Below, piece by piece: positions 25,141-39,721 of a stretch of DNA of 64,000 bases. The stretch lies in contig OZ316894.1 in assembly GCA_973895155.1 (NCBI GenBank), forward strand, positions 21,299,867-21,363,866, read 5' to 3'. This DNA comes from Marsupella aquatica. Taxonomy: Eukaryota > Plantae > Marchantiophyta. A program made the position numbers and the translations under genes. A model generated the notes under the pieces. That model was not told the origin of the DNA. It did no database searches and saw nothing but the letters and a program-made list of their open reading frames with translations. How positions within the stretch are numbered: the stretch's first letter is position 1; the number at the start of each line of letters is the position of its first letter.

Positions 25141-28100
25141 CCTGCAATTCCATTACCAGTTTTCCTGGTATCTAAAATATCCAAATATCCTGAATTCCTG
25201 ACTATGTCCAGAGTATCTTATCTGGCGAGAAAGTCATATTGGCAGTAGACTTGTGAACCACAGTTAGTCAGGCTCAAATTAAACAATCAAGGCAAAGTAC
25301 AACCTGTACACTGGGGGAGCAATCTTCAAAATGATCAATGATAGCTTCTCACCACTTTATCAAACCAATTACTTATCATTGGTTATCAGGTACAATGGTA
25401 GTTAGGATGAGATTACCGTAGACACATTTCTGGATAGGGCTTTCATGCCCAACTCCAGTTCTGGTATTGGATCTTGCGCCCAGGTAAGACGCTTGGGTTT
25501 CCACAGATGCCTGTGGCTTCCATGCCTTTCAAAACCTGGGAAAATTACTTTTTCGTTCCTATTTCTCCTAAAACTTTGCAATAAATGTTCAGTAGATAAA
25601 CAAAGTGAAAGCCACACAAGAATAAAAATATTTTAAAAGTCAGAAAATAAATTCTCTCAACATAAATCTAAACAAGAAGCAAAACGAAATCTGAAGCATT
25701 CTTCCCAGGGCAGATGACTGGAACTCTGCCCTCAAAAGGCAGCCCCACAACCAATGGAAGCCTCTGGCTAGGGAAAACTCATCAATTGCACTCAGAAGAA
25801 GTTGCATGAGGAAGAGGAAGAGGCTGGTAAGTTAGCTTTTAATTATAGCTTTGCAGAATCAGATAGGAATTTTGGGTTTTTTTATGTTAATTAAATTATT
25901 ATCATTTTATAAATGATGCTTAGATGCTAGAAACTTTTAATTGAAGCTTTGCTGAATCAGATAGAAATTCTTATTTGGTGGTTTTAATGCAGCTGATACG
26001 TTATTTTAAATGATGCTTGGATGGACAGAATGTGAAACCACACAACTGGAAACGTAATCAAGCAAGGGAAACGTGAAGATAGGCAAAGGGGAATGTAAGC
26101 CAATCTTAAACTCTATGCACCCATGTCTTCTCATATGAACACCAGCCTAGGGCCACCAGGAGTCAAGTCAGTTGCACACAATGAGTGAGTGAGCTGGAGG
26201 TCAAGAGTTCAAATGAATGCAGAAGCACATGAGCGAGACTCAAAGCCAGGAGTGGAAGAATCCAAGCTGATGCACAACAAGAGAAGTTTACGCTTTGGGA
26301 ACCAAGGAGGGGAATCTATAGCGATAGACATAGGTTTATACATAGGTTTTAGGGGCCCCCTTTAACCCAGCTGCCAGGACTACAAATATGTTTTTCACTT
26401 ATTAATCAGAAGTTCAGACATGAAATATTCCAGGTAACATTCACTCATTTCACATGGAGTACATTTGTACATACCTAGGAACATTTCATATTTTTGAGAT
26501 TTTTTACTATCAGTGTCAATATTTCACCAGAGGGGATGATCATGGTTCAAAAAGTAGAGCTCAGTAGAATCTATGTTTTGCAACACCCTCATATAAGAGT
26601 TATTCAATATTTTCTCATCAACTTTTCAGCTACATTGCCATTAAAGTTGTGTTAATTTATAATACTGTCATTGTTTCTATTGTATTTTCAAATATGCTAC
26701 TGTTTTAACCTTTGTTACTGTGTTAATCGTGTAGTCTTTATAAGAAACTGTGGCATATTTGTGGGAAAAAACAGTGGCCATATTATCAATTTGAACATAT
26801 TTAGTGACAAAGTAATTAAAAGCAATTAAAAGCTGATTATGATATCACGTAAACATATTTATAAAGAAACCAGGATCCTATGATGGGAAAGGAAGTGAGT
26901 GAGAGAGTTTGGCTAACAAGGGTACTGTTCACCTAGGCTAATGAACACTGGTCAGTTAGGGGCAGCCATGGACTATTATTTTTTGGAATACTTTGGAATT
27001 TCCACCTCCTTGTTGCAGCTGCGGGGCCGGCCAGTGAATCTTGGAGAAAATTTGACAAGCAGGAACGTGAAGGGGACAGTACTAATATAAGTCTTCCCAT
27101 GGTACAGTGGGTATCGCTCTTCCCAACGTTTCGTCTGTGGACTCGTTCTCTAATTGATGTTTGCCACAGGAAGAGAGGGTGTGGTCCCCCCTCAAAACAA
27201 AACAAAATATCATCAAAGAAATGTGGCCACAGTTTCAGACCGAGCAATCACAACCCTGATTTCCTGCTATGAATACTGACAAAATGCTGTGTGTCTTCCT
27301 AACAAATTTAGATCAAACTTGCTCTTCTAACTTGTTCGTTGTTTTCTGATCTCTCGATTATGGTCGTCCTTCTCACAAAAAACAAAAAATTGAAAGGCCC
27401 TTCTCTCCACCCCCTCAGGTTCCTAGACCTACTGATTTACACTATCTATAATTTCTTTGAACCAGACCAGACTTATTCCCGGCATCCCCATTGATTTCAT
27501 TGCCAGATCTTCTGGAATTGATTCTTCACTACTTCGTTGGCAACTCATTTCAACTCAAAGTGAGACGCACAAATCAACCTGAAGCCTTTGCATACATGCA
27601 AGGGACATGGAGAGTGGCACCAATGGGCATATTGTAGGCATGACCCCAACTGCTGATGGTAATTCTTTCCTATCAAGGGATTTTTCCTTAATTTTTCCCG
27701 GAACTTCAGCCATTGTATGACTACAACCAGTATTTTTTTAGTGATGAAAGCTAGCTAGACTTAGTCTCATTGAAAATTCTTCTCCACTTTTGGCAAAATT
27801 TGACTAGTTATTTTGTTAAGCCAGTTTCCCACCTAACCACATAGGTGATTGGTGCTTTTACACCAAAAAGAACAAGAAACCAGTTGTGGATCGCAGTTGA
27901 CGTCCTTGACTACCTTGGGGAGAAAATAGTCAAGACGTCATGGTGATACTGAGTAACGTCTTTAAGATTCAAGGTTGTCAAGCCGTCAAGTTACCAAGGA
28001 AACCAGTTTGGTAATGTAATTGAGACAAGTTGCAAATGGTAAAGAGACCGTTTACAGGTGACATTTCAGACAGAAGTGTAACCAGTTTTATCTGAGTCAT

Positions 28101-31100
28101 TTTTAATGTTCTGAACAAGTCCATCCAAGTTTTACCAGTCCATCTTGGCTTCATAGCCAAGTGGATATCCATTAGAGCTTTAGATTTGTTTGTGACACAG
28201 GCAACACAAGGAGAGAAAACATCTTAAAATTACGCATGGTGCAAGACTAGGGCGGGTCGTTTGTTCCCTTAGAAAACTACTAAAAACAATAAACCAACAA
28301 ATTTGGTTCTCTTTCAAAAAAAACAAAAACAAAATCTCTTCACCAATCACTCCCTATTAGGAACCTACACAAACCTCATTGAACCGTATGGTCTGGTTTA
28401 TTATTATGTCCCACCAATCCCGACCGTTCATGGAGTCCCCTCCGTGTGACATTTGCACTGTTTCCTCTCCTTTTCACTTCCCCCTAAATGGATGAGGTGG
28501 GAGTCGCCTACAAGCTCCAAAAGGACAAGACACCTTGAGACATGTAATATGTCGTCTAGCGGCCTTGAAAATCGTGCCCAATCTTATCCTTAGAGGGGAC
28601 ATCCACAACCACGGTAGGAATTTCCGGAGCGCGATTATGTCGACTCCACCTAGCTTCTGGTCTGCATGCCTTACTTTGGATTCTTGTTGTTGGAATAGTG
28701 AATTACACTGTTACATGGCTAGCCTTGCGTAGGTTACATAGCAGAGGAGACTCCTAGTCAAGGTCCGTCCCATTGTGCCATTGTGGGAACAGGGCTGCTG
28801 CACCTTCACGTTTCCTGGTTTACATTTTACAGTCTGGTTGGAACCTTCACTAAATCCAAGGTGGGGCCTTTTTTCGCCATTGATGTGTGGAGTCCGGGAC
28901 ACCCTTTGCATGGAAGGAGCCCTGCATAAATTGGCCCTAAAAGCAGATCTTGTCTCTGCTTGCTAGGGAGATGATTGCTTTTTGCCCTTCCATTCAGTCT
29001 TTGTCCTTGTGCTTGCCCACAGCTGCACACTACAGACTAGGACACATTTTGTTCTACTAGAATTCAGAAGTCGAAGTCAGGGCAGGAAGGGTTGGAGTCT
29101 CTGCTTTTGGGTTTCCCCCAAAAATGCGGTCAGGCTTGCCTCACGAGGGGGCAAGGGGCTGATGACATGACAGTGAGTGAATCAGATGATGACATATTTT
29201 ACTTTGAGCGCCACATGAGAAGTCCACTCACATGGGAGTTGGGCCTAAGTCCAGATACCCTAAGTACCAGTTCTAAGGTTTGCATAAGAAATAATTAATT
29301 ATTGAAAATCAGTGTGGACAAAATTGTTAGGTAAGCTTGTGATAGTTGCTAGATGGTATACTTTACATGCACCTTCTTCTTTTATCATAAATTAAATTAA
29401 GTGAATTGCATATCACTACAAGACACATAGTTGGACCAAATTTCCAACAGATTTACTGTGTATATTATTTTCAGGAATAATGGAAAAAACGTTGATGTAC
29501 TAACATCTGCAAATGTTTCTAGGGTAAACATTGAGTTACAAATAAATTATTTCTATCATTTGCTCTATGATTTGAAAGTAAAAATATATAGCCTTCCTAC
29601 AGGGCATGCGCCCCTGAAAATCCCTGTGATACTGGCCATAGGAATCATTGTTTTACAAGCCAGAATGCAGGAAGAGGTTATCACATAAACATATTGAAGT
29701 TTTATACTCTTGTTCTAAGTTTCCAAGCGCCTGTTGAATGCTGGCTTTTTGAATGAATTTGTTTTCGAGGTAAATAAAACCCTATTAGGCCCTTAAACAG
29801 AAAGTCTAGTAGAGCTCAAAAGTAAACCTAGTAGGAGTGCCACTAGAAGTAATTTATATAGAGTCCGTAAACGCAACACCCTAATGGTTCTTTTGGGTGC
29901 ATTCTAGATATACTGTATGTGCTCCGTATGTGGGTGGCTGCAAAGAGTTAATTAAGCACATGGTAGAAATCTCATTAAGCACTCTATCGTACGGGCTTCA
30001 GCGCAATTACCTTTGACTGGCGCTCTTTATCCACTTATTCAGGGTAAACGCGAACCCTATCCACCGCCTGCACTTCTTATCTGCTCGGATGGTACGCATC
30101 CGACGGTCCTGCGATCCGCTAAATTAGGGGCGGTCATTAGGGGGAATGCTAGACGAGTGGCGTGACCAGCATCGCTAGTCAGCTAGCGCCACTTAGCGGG
30201 TTGGTAAGGGCCAAGCCGGCCAAGGCTGGCGGGCAGTGCGGTGGATATTCGTCTATTTTGGCGGTGCCATTAGAGACGGTTTCATTTCGCGTGGGACTCT
30301 CATGCCGTTGAGATTCTGTACGGTAATAAGTTGTTTGAAAACAAATTTGGATTTGCGTTTTTCATAGTGGCGAAATTTTAAGTAATAATTTGCCAAGTTA
30401 TATTTAGGAGGTCTATAGTGAAACCTCTATATAATGACTATGAGGTGGCAAATTTAGGAGAGACGCAATAGCAAAATGTCATGCCTATATAGTAGTAGCT
30501 AAAGTCACTTTTGAAGGCTACTGTATACATTGACTCTGAGGACATAACTGAAGTTGGGGTGCAGGTGTAAAATGGATAAACAGGTGAATCACTCTAACTA
30601 TTGTAGTGAAGTGCTTCAATAGTTAAATGTCTTCACCTCTTCATTAATTTGCCAGTTTGCCACCAAGTTATAGACTCCACTAATAAATTTTGACAGCTAT
30701 CGTTTGGTCTCGAGAGATTTCTAGTTAAAAAATTAATCTGGGAAAATTAAATCCAAAATATTCTGAGCACTTTCTCGTTACTAAAAGAGACATCGGCCTC
30801 GTTGGAAGAAAAAACCTTCAAATTTGCCTTCATGTCAAAGTCTTAACTAACTGCTCTAACTGAAACCTGCATGATAAGAATCTGTTGCATCAAGACTGCG
30901 CTGAGACACTGTCTTCGATAATTAATTATGTACTTATTAATATCATGCCAGAATCTTCTAAAGCAGCCGTCATAATTCGCTTCTACACCATTAATATAAC
31001 CCTAATTTAAAAACCTAAAATTTGTTGAAAGGTTCAAAAGACTTTATTGCAAAGTGAAATAACTAATAACGACGGGGCGACTTGTATGGGAATATACCCC

Positions 31101-31682
31101 TAAATTTGGATGGTAGGACGATACTGAATTGCTGATATTTGGTTCTCTCAATAGATTTGCTATTCAAAGATGTTAGCAATTGTGGCTGATGTCGGCAAGT
31201 ACAGTTTCTGGGAAGGTACACTCTTTACCATACTAAGTTACTGTTACTACCAAGATATAGTGTGACACTATCTATTACCAATAACAATTATATGAGAAAA
31301 GAAATAACATAACAAATTAACCTGACATTAAAATGAATGATTAATGCGAATGTAATGATTTACTTAGACTCACTTGATTTAACATACAATATTTCCAGAT
31401 TATTATATAGAACGTAGTGTTTTCCATAACAATTTCACTTACACACCCCAATAGTGTGTGATCACACCTGAGAACAAGACTCATGGTTTCATGCAATATT
31501 CTGGTAACAATCGTCCTGCCACAAATAGTGTGAGCCATTTCCACATTTATTGTTACTAGTCACACTCATTGAATCATCACAACTCATACTGAGGTACTGT
31601 CAGTAAGACTATGTTTTGTGGGATTCAAATTTCTTCAAGCTACACAATTAGTGACAGTAATATTAAGAGTGTTAAACCAATA

Positions 31683-31850
31683 GGGTGTGTCAAAAGCACA
31701 GTACTACCTGAGTTACGACTCAGGACATAAAATGAACTTATGGTCAGGACAATATCCTTATAGGTTACCAAAATACGTACCCCATAAGGGTGGTATGTCC
31801 AACAAAAAGAAATCGTAACCAAAATGTTACGGGAGAATTTTGACACACCG
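31683..31850. mobile_element. About 165-bp MITE (TIR GGTGTGTCAAAA / TTTTGACACACC)
   Basis: Terminal inverted repeats at 31684-31695 and 31838-31849; homologous copy at 56717-56883. Confidence 0.6.
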
Positions 31851-34800
31851 TAATGTAGCTTGTGGGTTGCTTTGGCTTCCTGAATGTTCATCTGGCCTGG
31901 TGCACACATTCAAGGAACTTGGTTGGACCTTTTCATAAATGAACATGGCCAAGTGAAAATTTGTTGCTGGTCCAATGAGTCCAACCCACACAAGTCTGAT
32001 TGCAACATGAGTTTGAATGCACAACTCAGATAAGTGCAGATGAAGCACATTATCAAGGCTGATCAATGTTATTAGCCCATACAATTTGGGAGACCTGTAA
32101 CCTAACCCACCTTAGAAACGTATGGATATGAATACTAGGCATAGCAAAGGCAGGTCCAGGTTTTGAGTTCCACTAGAAACATTCATTCATTCCTTTGACA
32201 CAAATTCCACCCAAAAATGGAATTCACACGAACTCTAGAAGCTTCAAAAACATGGCCAAAGTTCAGAGGGGGCTGTGGGCACCGAGTGCCTAGCAAGTGC
32301 TTGATGATGGTCTTCAACTCGAGCTGCAATTGGGGTCAGAAGTACACTATCAAGTTGGTCCAACTACACAACTCCCACCACCGTACAACCCCAGTTAACA
32401 TGCCTACTCGTTTAGTCGTTTGAGTCCAATCGGCCCCAACTCTAGTCAGCACTGTTGGTACGGTCGAACACACTCAATGGGTGAATGGGTGAATGGGAGG
32501 AATTCGCTTCTTAACTGTAGAACAGGTTTTCTCCCCAACTGCAGTTCAAGTGGCGTCGTCAAGGGCGCACCACCGTAGGAGCCGAGCCACGGGATGCGCG
32601 GGTGGGGGATGCGAGCACCGACCTGTACATTCCATTCCATTCCATTCCATGCATCGATGTCGACAGCGATGGAGAAATGCATCTCGTTGCGAGGAAAGCA
32701 ATCATTCGAGTGATGACCATGCATGTCCTTCCGGGATGGATGGATGGATGGATGGATGGGGGCGACGAGGAAGTGTGTACCTGGATCGATAGATGCATGC
32801 ATGCCGGGATAAGTGCGTCGGGCCATGGGTCAAAGGAGGAATGAGGAATCCGTCGACGCGAGTCATGAGGAGTAAAGATGGGTTCGCGAAGGCTCGTGGA
32901 GGACAAGGCCGAGGGGCCGAGACTGAACATTGCACCCAATCATTCGGAGATCTCCCCCCCCCCCCTTGACCCCTTCCCAGTCGGGGGCTTTCCATCATTA
33001 CGCTGAGACGCGCAAACCCGCAGTCCCCAACCGTCCAGCGGCGAGTCAGCAATCCCACCAACCCCGGGCCTGCTACCGGGTCGCCGACGTCGGCGGTTCC
33101 CGCTCGCAGCCGGTTGCCTCACTGCCTGGCTCCATGAGTCCATGACCACGGAAGGCCTCGGGAAGACCACAACCGCCACTCCCTAGCGCCGGTCAGCTCG
33201 GCGGACGGGTGACCTTCTTCAGCCGGGTCCTCTACTGTGCCCCCGTGCCCCGTCCGTGGCGTGGCGTAAAAGACCAGGCAGCACAGCGAGAACATTCTCC
33301 CCGGGAGAGGGATTAAGTAACGTATTGCTTCATGGATAAGTTAATTCGAGGGATGCCATGACCGCGAATGCGGGGCTGACACGCGCGACTCGAGACCGTA
33401 GGACGAGACTGCCATGGGAGAGAGATACGTCCTCCAAGGACGTATGCATACAACGCCGCCTCCCTTCAATCACGGGTCGATTCGGTTTGTGTACACGGCC
33501 CCATCTCCGGAAATGAATTAAAAAAATTGAACTCGACTAAAACGAAACAATTGGGACTTGGGGGAATAATCAGAGTTAAAAACTCATTCCATTTGGATTT
33601 GTGTGAAGAGCCTCATGGAGAATGAATTTTCTGCATGCAGGAAAGAGATCTAAGAACTGACTGCATTGCACATCGCTAGATTGCTGCTCGTGCCTTCCTT
33701 TAATTTTGGAAGTACTCTAGACCATTGCTCGTGTGCACTGTTTTTTTTGTATTGGAAAATAATGGTGAAAATTGTCTCAAATCTGGGCTGGATACCCATG
33801 CAATAGAGAAAAAAATTTAAAAATTAAAAAGAATTTTGCCACCGTCTGTACCGTTCTAATCCAATGGCACTCCTTCAATCTGGCAAGATCTAATGGGTTG
33901 AGGACAAGGCAGTAGATCTCTCGCTAAAATACACAGTACTTGTGTGATATTGTTTAAGCTTGTCTGCAGTGGCCATTCAGGTGATCAAGTGACCTCAACG
34001 GGTTATACTTGTTGCTTTAGAAATCCAATAACTAAATTCAAATATAGTAAATATCTCCCTTATAAGAATACCATTATCTTTGTAGGACAGATAATATACC
34101 TTGTTGTATTGTATACTTTAATTCCGTAAGTTTGAGGATCTTATAGATTATTATTACTAGAATCTCTCATAAGATTTTCTTGTACATCCCGTACATTCCA
34201 ATTGAAATTATCATTAAAATTGCATGGTTACAACTTACAAAAGAGGAGCTCAAGTCCCTATGTGAGCCCGCTCTTACGAATAGGATGATTGACTTGCACC
34301 GTGCTCCAACTCGCCCCCCCCTAACCAGAGAGGGAGGTAGCTTTGGTGATTCCACCCTTCATTGTCATGTTCAATGTAAGACACCTTGATTGTAAGAGTC
34401 TCTCCAATCCAACTGGGTTGAGTTTTGTTATTGTAATTGGGTGTCGACCAAATTCAGTAAAGTAAATCTAAAATGTCAAGGTCCAACTCACTCACTGTAA
34501 TGCTATTTCAGGAATTTGGTTTTTTTATTACTGGATCTATATATGGGAGGGATTAAGTTGACTCCTTATTGGGTTGTTGTTGGGCTTTCAAGATCTCAAT
34601 CTCCCCTTGATACCTGCTGTTTAGCCAAGATTATCCCATTAGGTTTGGGACTGCTTTTCAGTTCGCCCCTAAGTACACTGAACCAAATATAGGATGCTGT
34701 TAGAACGGGTACCCAAGTAGCAAAAGCCCCTTGGGTTGGAGATACTCTAAGATGGGAATTCTTTTGCTCATATGCGAACAAAGGGCAGAAAATCCAGTAC

Positions 34801-36310
34801 TTCCTAACGAAAGGTAGGAAAAGACTAGATTTGAACCATGTTCTTAATTTTTAATAGTTTTTTGGTTTGGTGGACCAGTTGGAAAGAGATTGGGTTGTAC
34901 TTTACTGCTACGAGCCACAGCTGAAAATTTCACAACAGGACTATGTCTTGTCAACAATGAAACGCCTATTCGAGAACTTTCATGGTTCGAGCTATAGCCT
35001 TGTCATGGGGCTCACACTGATCAGATGATTGCTGGGCTCACCCTTGATCAGATGTTACCAGGCATATGTGGTACATGTGGTCATATAGGATGTCCGTATC
35101 TGGCCCCTTAACTAACACATGAGATGTGTTCAAGTAGTGTCTACACTATGAAGAGTGCGATTGTTGTCATTCACAGAATCTGTCGGAAAGCAAGTTCTCT
35201 TTAATTCGGAATAATCGTACTAGAGAAAGTGATTGGTGTGATTGATATCTGTACTGATGTTTCATGTAGAATGTGTCCAACGGGACTCTATATTTTGGAT
35301 ACTTTGAAGGTAGGTTTCATCAGATTGGCCACTCAATATAGGGATAGGTTGTGGAACTCATGATGGGTGAATTTGGCTATCATTTACGTTGATGCTGAGT
35401 TTGGAATGTGCCCAACTGGTTTTGATGTGGAAGTCGCCCATAGTGAAAGGGCCCTTAGTGCCCACTTGCATGCAGTAGGGGTAAAAGGAGTTACTTTGCT
35501 AAGCTATCGAGCATGGTATAGCTCTAAGTTACCAACTCGTTTGTTTAAGTTACCTGTCATAGCAAAACAAAAATCTAGCATAGGTAGCAATACATTTGAA
35601 AAATTAATTAGAGTTAAATATATGGGTATAGCATATGCATATACGTGTACAAGCCTATTGAACTAACCAACGGCTAAAACAAACGACAAAATTCCTCAGT
35701 GATATGCAAACAAATGCTTTTGATTCGAGGAAAGAAGCTAGGACATAGAGTTAGAGTAGCCATAATAATTTGCTTTCCAAAAGAAAAGGATTTGCTTACA
35801 TAGTGGATGTTCACCTCTTTGGTTTCAGATTTGACGTCCCGTAATGACCCTATCTTGGGAACATGCAGACCTAATCCCAGGTCCCCACATGGAACCCAAC
35901 CCTGCTGTTGGGATGGGAGTGTGAGGCCCCCACTCCCCAAAAATGTCCACGGAAGCCACCAAAAACATATATTTTGGCACAGAAGTGAGCTGCCCAAGTT
36001 CAGCTCGAGCTCAATCAGCCACCTCAGTTTAGTGAAATTTCAGAGACACATTTCAGCTGCTTCTAGCGGTGGTTCTTGGTGCATGCCGAAGGTGGGAGCA
36101 GTAAGCCGTGTGACAGACCTGAACCGGTAGACGCAGGTGCCAAAGCAGCTTAACAAAGAGGACAGCTGGTTGATTGGCGAACAAGGGTGGAGTGCTCTTA
36201 GAAAGCTTACTTTCTGTGACTGCCTCTATGGCTCTGCCACTCTTGACCCTAGTTCATGTACTGCGGTTCAAGGTTACAACACATGCCCCTTCTCAAGAGA
36301 GCCCACCAAT

Positions 36311-36440
36311 GCCCATAGAGGCATGGCTGAGTGGTAGCTCATTTGAGTGGAGACTGATAGGTCTTGGGTTCAAGTGTTGTGATTGACTGTTCCCTTTCTG
36401 TGAGGTTTCACATATTTCTCCTTAATTAAAATTAAAAAAA
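36311..36440 (+). mobile_element. tRNA-derived SINE-like element
   Basis: Box A-like TGGCTGAGTGG, box B-like GGTTCAAGT and an A-rich tail; second diverged copy at 55665-55800. Confidence 0.5.
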
Positions 36441-37340
36441 GACCCCCCCCTGTCTCTCCTTGGTGATATTTGACCAGCCCCTAAGGCACCACACTCACTA
36501 TTCTGCCTCACTTGTTAGCATTCTGGTAGAGGCAAACAGTTGCAAATGGAGAGTTGCATTGGGGGACACAGGGCAGGGGTTGAATTAACAGTTTCCTTGT
36601 GCAAAAGCTTTTGAGCCAAAGGTAAGGACAATGATATTCATCAATCAATCAAATTAACTATAAAGGAAAAACTTTACATTCTCAGTTGATGTCCTAATTG
36701 GATCACTTACTTTTCATAATTGGAAGCCAGAAAAACCCCCACCTGGCTTATATGTTTTTTTTTGTTTTGTACCCCAAAAGAGTATTAACTGCAAGGAAAT
36801 TTGTGAGCAAGTTCACTTAATGTCAACTAGCGTGAGTATGTATGGTGAGGGCCCCTTACATGCAAGCATAGTATTAACATCAAAAATTGTTATTACCAGA
36901 GAAATTTGGGTCTATGGTTCACTCAGGTCATGACAGGGTAGATTCAATTGTGGAATTCTAGAGTACATATAATAATTATTATGCCCCTCCTCAATGTGAT
37001 CATACAAGAGAGGTACTTTTTACTGAAACCCTTTTGTACTGTTGGCAGCGTGATATATGTCTGGTCCACAATGGGGAGAGTATTTATTTTCCAGGTGGCA
37101 CCAAAATGAGGTATTCACCCAGGTTCTTTCGAGTGGGTTCATTACGGACCATTGCGGAGAAACGGTAGGTTCACGTGGGGCCATTTCAAAGGCTTGCGAC
37201 CCTGCTATAACAAATAATAGGCTGGCTGGCAAGGTTGAGAGCGACTGACAAAATTACTTTTGGCAGGCTGATATATAGATACAAATATGTACAATGAATA
37301 ACCCATTCTATAGGAGACGTTAAAGTAACAATAACAATCC

Positions 37341-37382
37341 TGCCCCCCCCCCCCCCCTCCCCCCCGCCTCCCCCCCCCCCCT
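37341..37382. repeat. Poly-C tract (G-quadruplex potential on the minus strand)
   Basis: Near-pure C run upstream of the S40 gene. Confidence 0.7.
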
Positions 37383-37499
37383 CCATTTCCTTTGCCAAGT
37401 CCCCTTTTCTCCTCATCTTCTGCAACACTAGACAGTGTCCAGGTAGCGTTTTTTAACTCCTTTGACTTGCTTTTGTGATAGAGGTCCTTGGCCACCAAT

Positions 37500-39721
37500 C
37501 ATGAGGGTAATTAAAAATCTCGCCCAACACCGATATAACGGTGCAGCTCTCGCTGTCCATTCGAGCCGAGGACGTCATATTCCCCAGTCTCCAACGTCAT
37601 TCCCTGAAACAAGAACATTATTATTATTCTGAATCGGGTCCCCCCCTCCTCTTTTTAATAATTTTCGTCCCTGACAAGAATCTTCCCCTTGCAGAGCGAG
37701 AGGACCCGTACGGCACGCAGAAAGAGAATAAATCGATATCGGCATTTCGTAATCTCGCCCTACGGGAAATAATCCTCACCCGCCGATCCGCTCCGCATCG
37801 ACGGCCCTCCGCCCACCGAACGCTGCACAAAGGCGAAATTATCAAATACAGGGGAAATTGTGGCGAAATGAATCTTTCGTGACGTGGCAGGGGTCAGGGG
37901 TGACGGAATGACGGTATTCCAACAGCTGATCTCATCAGACGGCCAGGATCGGATCATGGGCTCTCGTGACGGGGGGGCCCCAGCCATCTTCGCCCATACG
38001 CCTCAAGGGGCTGTCCCTCGAGGGCAGCACTCTACCGGGCCGTTAATAAAAGGGCCGAGTCCTTCCTTTATCCCTGACTTCAGTGGTCGCACGCCCAGCA
38101 CCGTCCGCTCTCCCTGCTGCCCTTCCTTTCCTCACAGCCCCCCACTCTACTTGCGCCCTTCCGCGGGAGTGTGAGAGAGAGAGAGAGACCCGTGTAGACG
38201 GAGACCAAAGGCGACGAGAAGAGGAACAGAGGGAGAGAGGTGAGAGAGCGAGAAGAGCATATAATAGGCACACAAAGCGTTTTGGACTACGGTGTTACGT
38301 CGACGTTTCTTCGCGGCTTCGTGGTGCAATTGGTTGGGCCGGACACCTGGCTCGTGGCTCCTGGTGCGAAAGAGGAGACACCCACTCATCGACGAATAAG
38401 CAAGCGCAAGAGGAGGAGAGGAGCGGAGCAGAGAGGGAGAGGAGAGGAGAAGAGGGAAAGGCCTAGTCAGTCGTTGGTTCATTTATCATTTTCTCATTCA
38501 TTCGGTGTTGTGGCTGCGGTCTCCTGCTTCTGCTGCTGCTGCCACCACCGCGGCTTCTAGTTCGGCTTCGGGTTCGGCGCACGAAGGTGTTGTGGGAGTG
38601 GTGGGTTTGGGATTTCTATTACCCGCTGCTGCTGGGTGGATTGAATGCGGGTGAATGCGGCTGCTGCCGCTGCCTGGCTTCGACTCGAACTCGAAGTGTG
38701 ATTGAGTTTTGTTCCCCGTCAACCGGGTGGAGTTGATTCGGATGCGAAGATTTGCGGATGATTGCATTTTTGCACTGTGAAACTGCGGAAGTAGGGATTT
38801 CGTCGTTGTGTCGCTCGTCGGGAAGGGCACGGGAAGAGGAGTTGGTGCGCCATTTCCAGCGTCTTTGAATCTTTGACTTCTGTGCCCGCTCGGAGCTGCC
38901 CCGCTTGTCGTGGATGTTTGCGTTGGGCGGTGGCAGTGAGTTTTGCTCCAAGTGCCCAACCGCAACTTTTTTTAGCATTCGCTGAGTCCTGGTTTCCACC
39001 GTGGGTCGGTGTGCTGTGTCCGTGTTACTTGCCATTAGCACGCGCGGCACTAGCGGAGTGCACGGGTTGGGGCTGGTAGCGCGAACGAGCTGCGAAGAGT
39101 AGGAGCGAGTGCGGACCGGAATCAACTTGCGGGACGGCTTGTTTGAAGGGGAGAAGGTTCTAAGCAGTGTGTTTTGCTGCTCGATTGCTCGCTGAGTCTT
39201 CGTCAGGCCTTTCTTTCCCTGGATACTCAATCTGCGGCACGTGAAGTGCTTTGTGGTCACGTCGGCTGCGAGCTCTTGAAGCTCTGGTTCTTTCTATTCT
39301 CTCTGTTCTTCTCGGATTCCATCTCTGCCAATCGGCTGTTCGTATTTCTGTTAGTGTTGTAGTTCTCGATGGGCGTCAGGCATCATCGTCTCTCCTAGCA
39401 TTGATCATTTGTAGTAGTCGCGATATTAGTACAGTTTTGTAGTGGCCATTTTTTATGATCCTGGTCCCTTATTATTTACTCTCTGAAGTAGTCTCAAAGT
39501 TCTGATTTCCTGGCAAGCTACTGGAAAGTGCATGTTCTGGACACGATTTACGGCTTCGCCAGTGGCATTTGCAATCAGTTTCGTTGGGAAGATCCTATCA
39601 GATCAGGTGTCTGGAATTCGTCGCTGTCACGCAATACTGGTCAGAGGGTTCAGTTGGGATTAGAGTTCAGGATTGTTTCGAACGTAAGATCAGAAAAGTT
39701 CGACATAAACTGGATCCAAGG
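37500..39721 (+). promoter_or_regulatory. CpG-rich promoter and long 5' leader region of the S40 gene (GA repeats, ABRE-like ACGTGGC near 37882)
   Basis: GC/CpG-rich, with a GA microsatellite near 38172 and GA-rich leader, directly upstream of the CDS. TSS and introns were not determined. Confidence 0.4.

Noticed and set aside
33122-33281. miR160-like sequence TGCCTGGCTCC with a possible fold-back partner
   Set aside because: Only the first 11 nt match miR160 and the predicted duplex has too many mismatches for a miRNA precursor.
34900-35300. Possible degenerate integrase fragment
   Set aside because: Only scattered His/Cys residues; no convincing HHCC or DDE spacing could be reconstructed by eye.
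38083-39260. ORFs up to 213 aa upstream of S40
   Set aside because: No recognisable motifs; expected by chance in a GC-rich leader region.
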